64,000 nt of DNA from positions 3,511-67,510 of the forward strand of contig JAMNXV010000137.1 in the NCBI GenBank assembly GCA_023623185.1, given 5' to 3'. This DNA is from Bacillota bacterium (GTDB taxonomy: Bacteria; Bacillota; Sulfobacillia; Symbiobacteriales; Symbiobacteriaceae). The stretch's first letter is position 1; every line of letters begins with the position of its first letter. Below are positions 38,017 to 48,469 of the stretch, in pieces. The notes under the pieces are model-generated. The model was not told the DNA's origin, did no database searches, and was given only the letters and a program-made list of their open reading frames with translations. The translations under genes were made by a program, and so were the position numbers.

Positions 38017-39366
38017 CTACCCCCTGCGGCGGTCGCCCTCCTGGCGGATCACCCGGTCGTAGACGTCCACGAGCCGGTCGATCTCCTCCTCGGTGATCAC
38101 CAGCGGCGGGGTGATCATCAGGGTGTCCCGGTACGGGGCGATGCCGGTGATGACGCCCTCCCGGAGGCATCCGGCTTCCACGGCGAAGCGAAATGCCTGC
38201 CCCCCCTCGGCGAACCGCTCCCGCGTCTCCCGGTCCCGCACAAGCTCGGCGGCCACCATCAGCCCCCGGCCGCGCACCTCGGCGATGTAGGGGTTGTCGC
38301 GGGCGATCAGGGCCTGCTTCAGCCGTTCGCCCATGCGGGCGGCCCGCTCGGCCAGCCGCTCCCGCTCGATGATCGCGATGTTCTCCATCGCGACGGCGGA
38401 GGAGACCGGGTGGCCGGCGTAGGTGAAGCCGTGCTCGAAGGGGAAGTCGGCCTCCGCGATGCCCTCGATGATGTGGTCGCCCACGAGCACGGCCCCCAGC
38501 GGCAGGTAGCCGCTGGTCAGCCCCTTCGCGGCGCACATCAGGTCCGGCACGACGCCGAACTGCTCGCACGCCCACATCGTGCCGGCACGGCCGAAGCCGG
38601 TCATCACCTCGTCCAGGATGAGCAGCACGCCGTACTTGTCGCAGATCCGCCGCACGTGCTTCAGGTAATCCTCTGGCGGCACGATGATGCCCCCGACCCC
38701 CAGGATCGGCTCGGCCAGGAAGGCCGCGACGGTCTCCGGCCCCTCGGCCAGAATGCGCTCCTCCAGCAGGGCGGCGTACTTGCTGCCGGCCTCCGGGTCG
38801 TCGGCCCGGTAGGGCCCCTCGAAGGTATCCGGCGAAGGGATGTGCACGAACCCGGGGACCAGTGGCCCGTAGTACGCCCGGTGTGCCTCAAAGGCCGTCG
38901 CCGAGAGCGCCCCGAGGCTGTTCCCGTGGTAGCCCAGGTCGAGGCAGATGACCTTGTGGCCGTCCTTCCGGCCCCGCGCCCGCTGGTAGAGCCGGGCGAT
39001 CTTCACCGCGGTCTCCACCGATTCGGCCCCGCCCAAAGTGAAGAACACCTTCCCGAGCCCCTCCGGCGCGATGCTGGCCAGCTTCGCCGCGAGCCGCACC
39101 GCCGGCTCGTTGGAGTACTGGAAGTAGGTATGGTAGTACATCAGCCGGTCCATCTGGGCCGCGGCCACCGCGCCCAGCTCCCGGCGCCCGTAACCGATGT
39201 TGACCAGCACCATTCCCGCCTGCGCGTCCAGGTAGGCCCGGCCGTCGATGTCGTAGATGGTCGACCCTTCGGCGCGGGTGATGACCGTCGTCCCCTTCCG
39301 GGCCAGGTCCCGGAAGCGAACTTCGTTGTGTATCAGATGGCGCAGGTCCAGCTCTTTCAGGTTCAT
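38017..39366 (-). CDS. Class III PLP aminotransferase (omega-amine/putrescine type)
   Basis: YLDAQAG, GGAESVETA, GYHG, DEVMTGFGR, AKGLTSGY, HGFTYAGHP. Confidence 0.93.
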   Translation of the reverse strand: MNLKELDLRHLIHNEVRFRDLARKGTTVITRAEGSTIYDIDGRAYLDAQAGMVLVNIGYGRRELGAVAAAQMDRLMYYHTYFQYSNEPAVRLAAKLASIAPEGLGKVFFTLGGAESVETAVKIARLYQRARGRKDGHKVICLDLGYHGNSLGALSATAFEAHRAYYGPLVPGFVHIPSPDTFEGPYRADDPEAGSKYAALLEERILAEGPETVAAFLAEPILGVGGIIVPPEDYLKHVRRICDKYGVLLILDEVMTGFGRAGTMWACEQFGVVPDLMCAAKGLTSGYLPLGAVLVGDHIIEGIAEADFPFEHGFTYAGHPVSSAVAMENIAIIERERLAERAARMGERLKQALIARDNPYIAEVRGRGLMVAAELVRDRETRERFAEGGQAFRFAVEAGCLREGVITGIAPYRDTLMITPPLVITEEEIDRLVDVYDRVIRQEGDRRRG

Positions 39367-39521
39367 GTAATCGCCTCCTGTCGCGGGACCCATTATAACC
39401 CAGCACCCGGAGGCCGGGCCAGTTGGCGGCCCGGTCGGCGGCTGAAACAGGGGGTGCGCCTGCCTCCGTCCAATTTGGACGAGCACCGACTCATGCACAA
39501 CTTCTGCCAAGGAGGATGAAC

Positions 39522-40271
39522 ATGAACAGGCCCCTGCCCCCCGATGTCGCAGAACTCATGCAGAGTTTCGCCTCCGGCCTCAGATGGGTCCTGGGCGACC
39601 GGCTGGTGGGCGTCTACCTGGGCGGGTCCATCTCGCTCGGCGACTACTGTGAGGAGAGCAGCGACCTGGACTTCCTGGTCGTCACCGCCGGGCGCCTCTC
39701 CCCGGAGGAGCTGCAGGCGCTGGAGGTCTTCCACCGGGAGTTCCTGGCGGCATACCCCGCGGCCCGAAGGCTGGAAGGCGACTACGCGCCGCGGGAGTAC
39801 CTCATCCCCGAGGGCACGACGGTCCCGGTGCCCAGGTGCAAGCGAGGCGTCTTCGTGCCGGAGGTGGGCGCGATCATGCTCTCCGCCGACAACATCTGCA
39901 ATATGCGGGAGAACGGCATCGCCTTCGCCGGCCCGCCGCCCATGGAAGTACTTCCCCCGGTCAGCCCCGACCAGGTGCGCGCTGCGGTGCGAGCGATGCT
40001 GGCTGAACAGCCGAAGCCCGCCCGACGGCCCGAGGAGCAGGCCGACGAGTTGCTCGACCTGCTCCGCTCCCTGTGCGCGCTGGAGACGGGCAAACGCACC
40101 ACGAAGGCCCAGGGCGCCGAATGGGCGCGCCGGACCGTTGAGCCCCGCTGGCACCCGGTGATCGACGCGGCCCTGGCGGTCCGCCGCCGCGGCACAGCCG
40201 ATGGCTGGGACGAACGCACGGCCCGCGCTGCTGCGGAGCTGGACCGGCTCCTGCGGGCGCGATACCTCTAG
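39522..40271 (+). CDS. Nucleotidyltransferase with aminoglycoside adenylyltransferase-like C-terminal (DUF4111-type) domain
   Basis: GVYLGGS..LGD....SDLDFLV; LEGDY; TTK..GAEWA. Confidence 0.8.
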   Translation: MNRPLPPDVAELMQSFASGLRWVLGDRLVGVYLGGSISLGDYCEESSDLDFLVVTAGRLSPEELQALEVFHREFLAAYPAARRLEGDYAPREYLIPEGTTVPVPRCKRGVFVPEVGAIMLSADNICNMRENGIAFAGPPPMEVLPPVSPDQVRAAVRAMLAEQPKPARRPEEQADELLDLLRSLCALETGKRTTKAQGAEWARRTVEPRWHPVIDAALAVRRRGTADGWDERTARAAAELDRLLRARYL

Positions 40272-41116
40272 CCGGGCAGCCTGCCGCCGAACCGCTCCAG
40301 CAGGATCTCCTCCGGCGTGAGGGCGGGCTGCGCGGTGAAGTGCACCACCCGCCACCGGGCGCCCGCTGCCTCGATCGCCGCCGCAGCCCCGGGCAGGGCG
40401 GCCAGCGTCCGGGCCACCGCGTCTGCGTGGTCCTGCCCGGGCAGCGCCGGGCGGATGCGCATCAGGTTGTACAGCTCGCCCCCCGGCTCCGTCTCGGGCG
40501 CCGTGGTGGGGATCTCCTGCACCTCGTAACCGTCCGGCTTGTACCCTGCCCCCTTCAGCGTTCCCTCGACGGACCGCCGGTTCGGCAGCCGGTCCACGCC
40601 GGGGGGCCGCCGGCTCAGCGCCCCCTGGCGGTGGAGCTCCTGCAGGAACACGTACTGCGGCGTCACCTGGTCCCGCAGGGCGTTGAACCAGGTGCCCGAC
40701 AGCGAGAAGCAGAAGCGCCCGGTGGGCTTGATCTTCCCCCGCCAGGCCCGCAGCACGCCCTCGGGGTCGCGGAACGAGAGCAGGGCGAGGTTACAGAGCA
40801 CCCGATCGACTTTCCCCGGCACCAGGTCGGCGGCTGCGGCCGCATCGGCCGCGTGGTACGCCAGCGCCCGTTCGCCGATCCGGGCCCGGGCGGCGGCGAG
40901 CAGCGCGGGGCTGGCCTCCACCACCGTGAGGTGAAGCCCCGCGGGCACTATATCCAGGGCCGCCAGGCTCGTCAGCCCGGTGCCGGCTCCCAGGTCGACC
41001 ACGGTCATCCCGGGCCGCAGCTCCGCCAGCTCGCAGAGGCGGCGGGCCGACTCCCGGTAAAGGGCCATCTGCGCAGTGACCGCGTGCACGTGCTCACCCC
41101 ACTCGCCCATCCTCAT
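40268..41116 (-). CDS. Class I SAM-dependent methyltransferase
   Basis: VVDLGAGTG; ATGA overlap with the glycosylase stop. Confidence 0.85.
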   Translation of the reverse strand: MRMGEWGEHVHAVTAQMALYRESARRLCELAELRPGMTVVDLGAGTGLTSLAALDIVPAGLHLTVVEASPALLAAARARIGERALAYHAADAAAAADLVPGKVDRVLCNLALLSFRDPEGVLRAWRGKIKPTGRFCFSLSGTWFNALRDQVTPQYVFLQELHRQGALSRRPPGVDRLPNRRSVEGTLKGAGYKPDGYEVQEIPTTAPETEPGGELYNLMRIRPALPGQDHADAVARTLAALPGAAAAIEAAGARWRVVHFTAQPALTPEEILLERFGGRLPG

Positions 41117-41628
41117 CCCCCTTCCGCAATCAGCGCCCGCAGTTCGCGGTAAAGCCGCAGCTTCTCCGCCAGGGGCTCCCGGCTCCGCCCGCTGGGCGAT
41201 GCCGCCACGAAGTCCAGCACCCCGGGCACCACCGACGCCGACTGGAGGCCGTAGGCCACCCTGCGGCGGCCCGTCAGCGCCGCGTAGACGCCCTTTCCGT
41301 TGTAACAGGCCACCCGCGGCCGATACCGGGCCAGCTTGCCCAGCAGCTCCTCCCGCCCGGCCCGCAGCTCCGCCGCGCTGAGGTCGCCGCTGGATCGGGT
41401 CGACCGGCCCACCAGATCGGTCAGGCCGTACCCAAGCTGCAGCAGGGTCTCGTCCTCGTGCGGCGCGTAGAGCCGGTCGGTCAGCCCGGCCTGCCACAGC
41501 AGCCAGTAGAACCGGTTGCCGGGGTAGGCGTAGTAGCGCCCCTCCCGCGCCGAGGTCTCGCCGGGGTTGAAGCCGACAAAGACCACCCGCAGCCCCGGGG
41601 CCAGGTAGTCAGGCAGCGCCCGGGTCAC
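41113..41628 (-). CDS. mug: Mismatch-specific uracil-DNA glycosylase (MUG/TDG family)
   Basis: LPDYLAPGL.VVFVGFNPG, PGNRFY, GLTDLV.R, SPSG. Confidence 0.88.
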   Translation of the reverse strand: MTRALPDYLAPGLRVVFVGFNPGETSAREGRYYAYPGNRFYWLLWQAGLTDRLYAPHEDETLLQLGYGLTDLVGRSTRSSGDLSAAELRAGREELLGKLARYRPRVACYNGKGVYAALTGRRRVAYGLQSASVVPGVLDFVAASPSGRSREPLAEKLRLYRELRALIAEGG

Positions 41629-42212
41629 GCCGGCTCACCGCCGGCCTCACCGTCATCGCCGGCGCCGTCATCGTCCAGCGGCGGCAGCTCCAGGGCGTCA
41701 AACTGCCTGGTGAGCCACTCCACGTGCTCCCGCATCGCCTCGTCCTGCATCAGCACCGCCCAGGCCCTCCGGGCGGCGTCGACGAACGCCGGATCCAGCT
41801 CGTCCACCCGGTACCGCTCCGGCAGCGGGCAGAGCCCCCGCGCCAGGAAGGAGTAGCGCATCTCCAGCTCCCCGTCGGGGCGCAGATACGGCATGAGCGG
41901 GTAGGTGCGGCACTCGAACGGGCGCTTCGCCCGGTCGCACAGCCGCGTGCACTGCATGAAGGGTACGGAGTCAAACCGCCGCTCCCACGAGGGGGCAAAC
42001 TCGTACTCGTCGGTTCGGTGGAACTGCCAGCTTGTGAACTCCTCATTGCCGTCGAAGAGCGGCAGTTCGCCGGGAACCAGGTAAACGCCCTCATCGGGGC
42101 CGAAGTCCGTGCAGCAGCGGTGGCCGCAGAGCGTGCCGCAGTCAAAGGACAGCGGCGTCACGTCGGCCAGCAGCCGGCGGGCCTCGGCGATGAGGCGCAG
42201 GTCAACAGCCAT
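41625..42212 (-). CDS. Cys-rich probable Fe-S/Zn protein (YkgJ/CxxCxxCC-like)
   Basis: DCGTLCGHRCC ... C...C....RPFECRTYP ... CPL. Confidence 0.75.
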   Translation of the reverse strand: MAVDLRLIAEARRLLADVTPLSFDCGTLCGHRCCTDFGPDEGVYLVPGELPLFDGNEEFTSWQFHRTDEYEFAPSWERRFDSVPFMQCTRLCDRAKRPFECRTYPLMPYLRPDGELEMRYSFLARGLCPLPERYRVDELDPAFVDAARRAWAVLMQDEAMREHVEWLTRQFDALELPPLDDDGAGDDGEAGGEPA

Positions 42213-42314
42213 TCAGGATTCCCCCCGTCCCCTGCACTGTACCACATTCGGCGGCATGCGTCGCCCCGGATGTGATAGGATGGACTTGCAGTTCTGGCAG
42301 AGGAGGATGCAGAC

Positions 42315-43196
42315 ATGGCCAACCTGGGATTCATCGGACTCGGGCGCATGGGCCGGCACATGGCGCGCAACCTGATCAAGGCCGGACACACCGTCACGCT
42401 GTTCAACCGCAGCCAGGCCCCGGTGGACGAGCTGGCGGCCGAGGGCGGGAAGCGGGCCGCGGGCCCGGCGGAGGTGGCCCGGAACGCCCGGGTGCTCTTC
42501 ACCTGCCTCTCCACGCCCGACGTGGTGGAGAGCATGCTGCGGCAGGCCCTGGAGGGGGCGCAGCCCGGCGACATCTTCGTCGACCACTCCACCATCGGGG
42601 TCAGCGACGCCCGCCGCATCGCCGCGATGTGCGCGGAGAAGGGCGTCCAGTTCATCGACGCCCCGGTCTCCGGCGGCCCCTGGGGCGCCGAGGCCGGCAC
42701 CCTGACCATCATGTGCGGCGGCGACCGGTCGGCCTTCGAGGCGGTCCTCCCCTACCTCCAGATCGAGGGCAAGCAGATTCACCACCTGGGACCGGTGGGC
42801 GCCGGCACCGTGGCCAAGCTCTGCAACAACCTCCTGGTGGGCATCCACACCGCGGCGATGGCCGAGGCCTTCGTGCTGGGCACCAAGGCGGGCCTCGACC
42901 CCAGGGCGCTCTACGAGATCATCTCCGGCGCCACCGGCCATTCGGCGCAGATCGAGCGCAACATCCCGCAGTTCGTCTTCCCCGGCAAGTTCGAGGCCGC
43001 CTTCTCCATCGATCACCTGCACAAGGATGTCGCGCTGGCGGTCGAACTGGGGAAGGATGAGAATGTGCGAATGGTCCTCGGGGCCCTGACGCAGCAACTC
43101 CTGGAGGAAGCCAGGGCCGCCGGGCACGGCGGCGAGGACCAGGCCGCGCTGATCCGCCCGCTTGAAAAGCTCACGGGGGTGGAGGTTCGGGCCTGA
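42315..43196 (+). CDS. Beta-hydroxyacid dehydrogenase (3-hydroxyisobutyrate/GarR family)
   Basis: GFIGLGRMG, DAPVSGG, KLCNN, KD. Confidence 0.93.
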   Translation: MANLGFIGLGRMGRHMARNLIKAGHTVTLFNRSQAPVDELAAEGGKRAAGPAEVARNARVLFTCLSTPDVVESMLRQALEGAQPGDIFVDHSTIGVSDARRIAAMCAEKGVQFIDAPVSGGPWGAEAGTLTIMCGGDRSAFEAVLPYLQIEGKQIHHLGPVGAGTVAKLCNNLLVGIHTAAMAEAFVLGTKAGLDPRALYEIISGATGHSAQIERNIPQFVFPGKFEAAFSIDHLHKDVALAVELGKDENVRMVLGALTQQLLEEARAAGHGGEDQAALIRPLEKLTGVEVRA

Positions 43197-43461
43197 CGCG
43201 CAGCCGGTGCCCGCGTGCGGCTCACCATGGCCTTCGGCATCGGCCGCGCCATGATCTTCGGCGGCTACTCCAGCCCAGGGCGGCGACGACTGACAGCTCG
43301 AACACGGTTGCGACCCCCGGGCCCGCCGGGCCTGGGGGTCGGCGCGCGCTGCCGGTGCCGACGGCCGGCCCGGCAGCAGTCAGGATTCCGACCGCAACGC
43401 TTGAACGTATTGTTGTACCCACGAAATGGTTACACCTATACTGGGGGCAGGAGGTGGCAAC

Positions 43462-44607
43462 ATGCTCGCCTGTAGTCGCTGCAACCAGACGTACCCGGAA
43501 GCCGAACCCCGCTGGCGCTGCGAGTGCGGGGCCTATCTGCTGCTGCAATCTGACCGGATGTTCAGCCGGGACTCCCTGAACCACCGGCCCCCCACCCTCT
43601 GGCGGTACCATGAGGCGCTTGGCATCGAACGGAGCGAGAGTACGGTTTCGCTGGGCGAGGGTTTCACGCCGCTCATCCCGGACTCGCTGTTCGGCCAGCC
43701 CGTCCTCCTGAAGCTGGACTTCCTCAACCCCACGGGGTCGTTCAAGGACCGCGGCTCTGCGGTGATGATCAGCAAGCTGAAGGAGTGGGGCGTGACCGAA
43801 ATCGTGGAGGACTCCTCCGGCAACGCGGGCGCGTCGGTCGCCGCTTACGCGCGCCGGGCGGGCATGACGGCGCGCATCTTCGTGCCGGCCTACACGTCGG
43901 CCGGAAAGACGGCGCAGATCCGCATGTACGGGGCGAACCTCGTCAAGGTGCCCGGCTCCCGCGAGGATACAACCCAGGCCGCCCTGGAAGCCGCCAGCCG
44001 GACCTTCTACGCCAGCCACAACTGGAGCCCCTGGTTCGTCGTCGGGCTGAAGACCCTCGCCTACGAGATCTGCGAACAGCGGAACTGGCAGGCGCCGGAC
44101 TGGGTGGTCGCACCCGTCGGCGGCGGCAGCCTGGTGCTGGGGCTCTACCTGGGCTTCCGCGACCTGCTGCGGACCGGCTTCATCTCCCGGATGCCCCGCA
44201 TCGCCGCCGTGCAGGCGGCGGCCTGCGCCCCGGTCTACCATGCGTGGAAGCAGCGGCTGGACGACGTCCCGGCCGTGGCCAAGCAGGAGAGCGCGGCCGA
44301 GGGCATCGTCATCGCCCGGCCGGTGAAGGGCAGGAGCATCCTGGAGGCCATCTATGACAGCGAAGGCGTCGTCCTGACCGTGGCGGAGGATGAGATCTGG
44401 GCGACGGCCCGCACACTGGCCGAGAAGGGCATCTACGTCGAGCCCACCGCCGCTGCGGCCCCCGCTGCCGTCAGGCAACTGGCGGAACTGGGCCTGGCGG
44501 GTCCCGGGTCGAGCGTGGTGGTCGCGTTGACCGGCATGGGCCTCAAGGCCACCGACAAGTTCATCGAACACCTGGGCACTGACGACGGCGAGGCAGTTCA
44601 GCCATGA
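43462..44607 (+). CDS. Threonine synthase-like PLP enzyme
   Basis: N-terminal CxxC..CxC, SLGEG.TP, PTGSFKDRG, DSSGNAG, TG.GLK. Confidence 0.9.
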   Translation: MLACSRCNQTYPEAEPRWRCECGAYLLLQSDRMFSRDSLNHRPPTLWRYHEALGIERSESTVSLGEGFTPLIPDSLFGQPVLLKLDFLNPTGSFKDRGSAVMISKLKEWGVTEIVEDSSGNAGASVAAYARRAGMTARIFVPAYTSAGKTAQIRMYGANLVKVPGSREDTTQAALEAASRTFYASHNWSPWFVVGLKTLAYEICEQRNWQAPDWVVAPVGGGSLVLGLYLGFRDLLRTGFISRMPRIAAVQAAACAPVYHAWKQRLDDVPAVAKQESAAEGIVIARPVKGRSILEAIYDSEGVVLTVAEDEIWATARTLAEKGIYVEPTAAAAPAAVRQLAELGLAGPGSSVVVALTGMGLKATDKFIEHLGTDDGEAVQP

Positions 44608-44621
44608 AGGAGGCGTTGCCC

Positions 44622-45014
44622 GTGCAGCAAGCGATCCTGACCCCGGATGCCCCGCCCCCCAACGGTTTCTACTCACAGGCCGTGCAGGCCGGTCCCATGC
44701 TCTACGTCTCCGGCCAGCTCCCGGTGAGGGAAGGGCAGGTGGTCGCCGAGTCCGCTGCGGAGCAGACCCGGTTCGTCCTGGAGAGCATCCGGGCCATCCT
44801 GCGGGCGGCCGGCGGCGACCTCGGGAACGTCGTTCAGGTCACCATCTATATCGCCGATATCGCCCTCTGGTCCGAGGTCAACGCGGTCTACCAGGAGGTC
44901 CTGGGAGCCGTTCCCGTGCCGCCGGCGCGCTGTATCGTTCCCGTGAAGGAGCTGCACTTCGGCGCCAAGGTGGAGATTCAGGCGACGGCGTATCTGCCCG
45001 GGTCGGCCCGGTAG
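44622..45014 (+). CDS. RidA/YjgF family enamine deaminase
   Basis: YSQAV, YVSGQLP, PPAR, VEI. Confidence 0.92.
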   Translation: MQQAILTPDAPPPNGFYSQAVQAGPMLYVSGQLPVREGQVVAESAAEQTRFVLESIRAILRAAGGDLGNVVQVTIYIADIALWSEVNAVYQEVLGAVPVPPARCIVPVKELHFGAKVEIQATAYLPGSAR

Positions 45015-45016
45015 CG

Positions 45017-45053
45017 CCGGCGGCCGCCTTCCCCAACCGGGGGAGGCGGCCGC
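45017..45053 (+). terminator. Terminator hairpin
   Basis: GCGGCCGCCTTCCCC...GGGGGAGGCGGCCGC. Confidence 0.65.
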
Positions 45054-45121
45054 TGAACTGTTCGAGGGTCGAGCACGGGGCGCAGCTGCGGCACTGCCGG
45101 GGTCGGTCGCGGGGCGCGGCT

Positions 45122-45154
45122 GAGGAAGTGTTGGGGGTCGAGGTCAGGGCCTGA
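45122..45154 (+). pseudogene. Remnant 3' end of a beta-hydroxyacid dehydrogenase homolog
   Basis: Reads EEVLGVEVRA-stop versus EKLTGVEVRA-stop at the end of 42315-43196. Confidence 0.5.
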
Positions 45155-45170
45155 CCGCCTGGTGGTGGGG

Positions 45171-46091
45171 CTAATGGATCGGGTCTGGCCTGACCGCCGC
45201 CCAGGCATCCCAGCCGTCCAGCACGTCGGGTGCCTCTTCGTCTGTCAGCACCGCCGCCAGGGGCCCGAGCCACTCCGCCCAGGGATGACCCTGCTCCCGG
45301 GCGATGGCCACGTGCGGACCCAGCTGAAAGCCGAGCGACCGTACGCCTGCGCTGAGCAGTCGGCGCAGGGCGGCCAGGGCCGCAGGGCGCTCGTCGTCAG
45401 CGCCGTGAACGACCAGGTAAAACCAGCACTCAGCGGCGTCGGCAGTGGGGCGCTGCAGGGCCGGGTGCTCCAAGAACTCCTCCAGCAGCGCGAGCGCCTC
45501 TGCCGCCTTTCCGCGGAGGAACAGCACCCCGGCCAGGTTGGCCATGATCGCGCCGTTGCCGGGGTAGGCCTCCAGGGCCACCCGGTACAGCGCCTCGGCA
45601 TCGGCGTAGGCGCGCTTCACGTCGGTGAGGAAGAGCGCGTACTTGAACAGGGCGTTGCGATGGAGCGGCGAAACTTCCAGGGCCCGCTGGTAGAGCGCCT
45701 CCGCCCGCCCGTGCTCCCCCCGCACCTCACTGAGGAAGGTCGCGTAGTTGGTCAGGTTGCCCGGGTGGAACGGATCGCGCTCCAGCGCTCGCCGGTAATA
45801 GCGCTCGGCCCGGTCCACATCCCCCGCGGCGTGCTCCAGGAAGTCGGCGTAGTCGCCCAGCAGCGCCGCACTGTTGGGCGCCAGGCGGAGCGCGGCGCGG
45901 TAGTGCTTCTCGGCCTCGTCGTACCGCCGGCGCACGGTCTCCAGAAACACGGCGTAGTTCCAACGGGTGCGGGCGTCCTCCGGGTCCCGAGCCAGTGCTC
46001 CCCGGTAGTACGTCTCGGCCAGGTCGTACCGGCCCCGGAATCGCTCCAGGAAGGACGCGTACCGGCCGAGCATCCGGGCGCGCGATCGCAT
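45171..46091 (-). CDS. Tetratricopeptide repeat protein
   Basis: Five 35-aa repeats YA.FL...R..YD.AE..Y..AL...P. Confidence 0.9.
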   Translation of the reverse strand: MRSRARMLGRYASFLERFRGRYDLAETYYRGALARDPEDARTRWNYAVFLETVRRRYDEAEKHYRAALRLAPNSAALLGDYADFLEHAAGDVDRAERYYRRALERDPFHPGNLTNYATFLSEVRGEHGRAEALYQRALEVSPLHRNALFKYALFLTDVKRAYADAEALYRVALEAYPGNGAIMANLAGVLFLRGKAAEALALLEEFLEHPALQRPTADAAECWFYLVVHGADDERPAALAALRRLLSAGVRSLGFQLGPHVAIAREQGHPWAEWLGPLAAVLTDEEAPDVLDGWDAWAAVRPDPIH

Positions 46092-46199
46092 GCGGTCACC
46101 TCCTCCACGGGCGTTCCGGCGGTCCCTGCCCGGGACCGCCGGACTTCAATACATTATCATACACCCGCCACGGTGGACGCACACTATTCGCCCACTCGC

Positions 46200-46325
46200 C
46201 ACGCTTGAAGTGGCGTTCTGGTCGACCTGCATGCCCACCCCGCCCGACCGCCACAGTGGGAGCAGACGCTTTTTCACGTCGCCCCCAACGTCAAAGTGAA
46301 AAAGCGACGGCTCCCAGGTCGCGTG
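46200..46325. repeat. Dispersed palindromic intergenic element, copy 2
   Basis: GGGAGC..CGCTTTTTCAC-N18-GTGAAAAAGCG..GCTCCC; homologous to the reverse complement of 16850-16960. Confidence 0.75.
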
Positions 46326-46473
46326 CGGCGCTTCTCCCCGTCTCGGCCCATCCCACCACCCGAGTTGACCCCTGCAACAGCGCCCGCCATTGAAACACTC
46401 CGGCTGTAACCCCCGCACTGACGCCGCCGTTAGCCTGCGCAGCCCCCCTCCCCCACCCAGCCCGCCCATACGA

Positions 46474-46501
46474 CAAGGGGCCTCCGTGAGGAGGCCCCTT
46501 G
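46474..46501 (-). terminator. Terminator of the liv-dinB operon
   Basis: CAAGGGGCCTCC-gtga-GGAGGCCCCTTG. Confidence 0.75.
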
Positions 46502-46506
46502 ACTCG

Positions 46507-46965
46507 TCAGATCTCGGGCGGGTCGATCCCCTGCATGCGCATCAGCATGAAGATCTGACCCCGGTGGTGGATCTCGTGCTCCATCACGTGGTAGATCACC
46601 CAGTCCATCGTCGCCCAGGGCATGTCGGGATAGGGCATGGGCAGCTTCTGGCCCAGCTGGTTGACCGGCGTGTCCTTCAGCCACTCAACGGTAACCTTGT
46701 GGATCTCGGCCCAGTACGCCAGCAGGCTCTCAAGGTCCGCAAACCGGCCGTACTCCCAGCGCTGCTCCCACGGCGCCAGCTTCAGGGCGTTGCGATAGAT
46801 CCAGATCCACTCGGCCAGCACCATGTGCTCGGCGAGTTCCCACGCGCTGGAGTGCCAGCCCGGCGGCTTCCAGGCCAGCTGCTCCGGCGTCATGCGGCGC
46901 AGGGCGCTTACGGTGAACGGACGCAGATCGGTCTCCCAGTGCCGGTACAGGTCAAAGGCCAGCAT
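46507..46965 (-). CDS. DinB family protein
   Basis: H...AE..W and HVMEHEIHHRGQ. Confidence 0.9.
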   Translation of the reverse strand: MLAFDLYRHWETDLRPFTVSALRRMTPEQLAWKPPGWHSSAWELAEHMVLAEWIWIYRNALKLAPWEQRWEYGRFADLESLLAYWAEIHKVTVEWLKDTPVNQLGQKLPMPYPDMPWATMDWVIYHVMEHEIHHRGQIFMLMRMQGIDPPEI

Positions 46966-46989
46966 GCGATACCCTCCCTCCGAACGTGG

Positions 46990-47671
46990 CTACCGCCCGC
47001 CCAGGTATGCCGCTGCCACCCGCTGGTCCTGCGCCAGATCTGCAGCCGCCCCCGAGAGCGGGATGCGGCCCGTCTCCACCACATAGGCCCGGTGGGCGAT
47101 GCGCAGGGCCTGCCGGGCGTTCTGCTCCACCAGCAGGACGGTGGTGCCCTCTTCATTGATTTGCCGGATTAGCCGGAATACCTCCGCCACGACCAGCGGA
47201 GCCAGCCCCATGGAGGGCTCGTCCAGCAGCAGCAGTTTCGGGCGGGCCATGAGTGCCCGGCCCATCACCAGCATCTGCTGCTCGCCGCCCGACAGCGTGC
47301 CGGCGAGCTGGTTGCGCCGCTCGGCCAGCCGGGGGAAGCGGGCCAGCACCCGCTCCAGATCCGCCTGCACCTCCCCGTCGCGCCGGGGGTAGGCGCCCAT
47401 CAGCAGGTTCTCCAGCACCGTCATCCGGGCCAGCACCGCCCGGCCCTCGGGCACCTGCGCCACCCCCAGGGCCGTCACCCGGTCGGGCCGCAGGCCGTCG
47501 ATGCGCTTCCCCTCAAACTCGATGGTCCCGGCGCGGGGGCGCACCAGCCCGGAGATGGCGCGCAGGATGGACGACTTGCCCGCACCGTTGGCGCCGATCA
47601 GGGTGACGATCTCGCCGGCCGCCACGTCCAGATCGACGCCCCGCACCGCCGCCACCGCCCCGTAGGCGACC

Positions 47672-47694
<23 letters not shown>
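46990..47694 (-). CDS. livF: Branched-chain amino acid ABC transporter ATPase
   Basis: GANGAGKS, VPEGR, LSGGEQQM, DEPSMGLAP, VEQN. Confidence 0.93.

Positions 47695-48465
<771 letters not shown>

Positions 48466-48469
<4 letters not shown>

Noticed and set aside
39522-40271. Aminoglycoside resistance gene
   Set aside because: Only fold-level similarity and host-like GC; the APH-like gene at 29107 is likewise better explained as a LanK-type kinase
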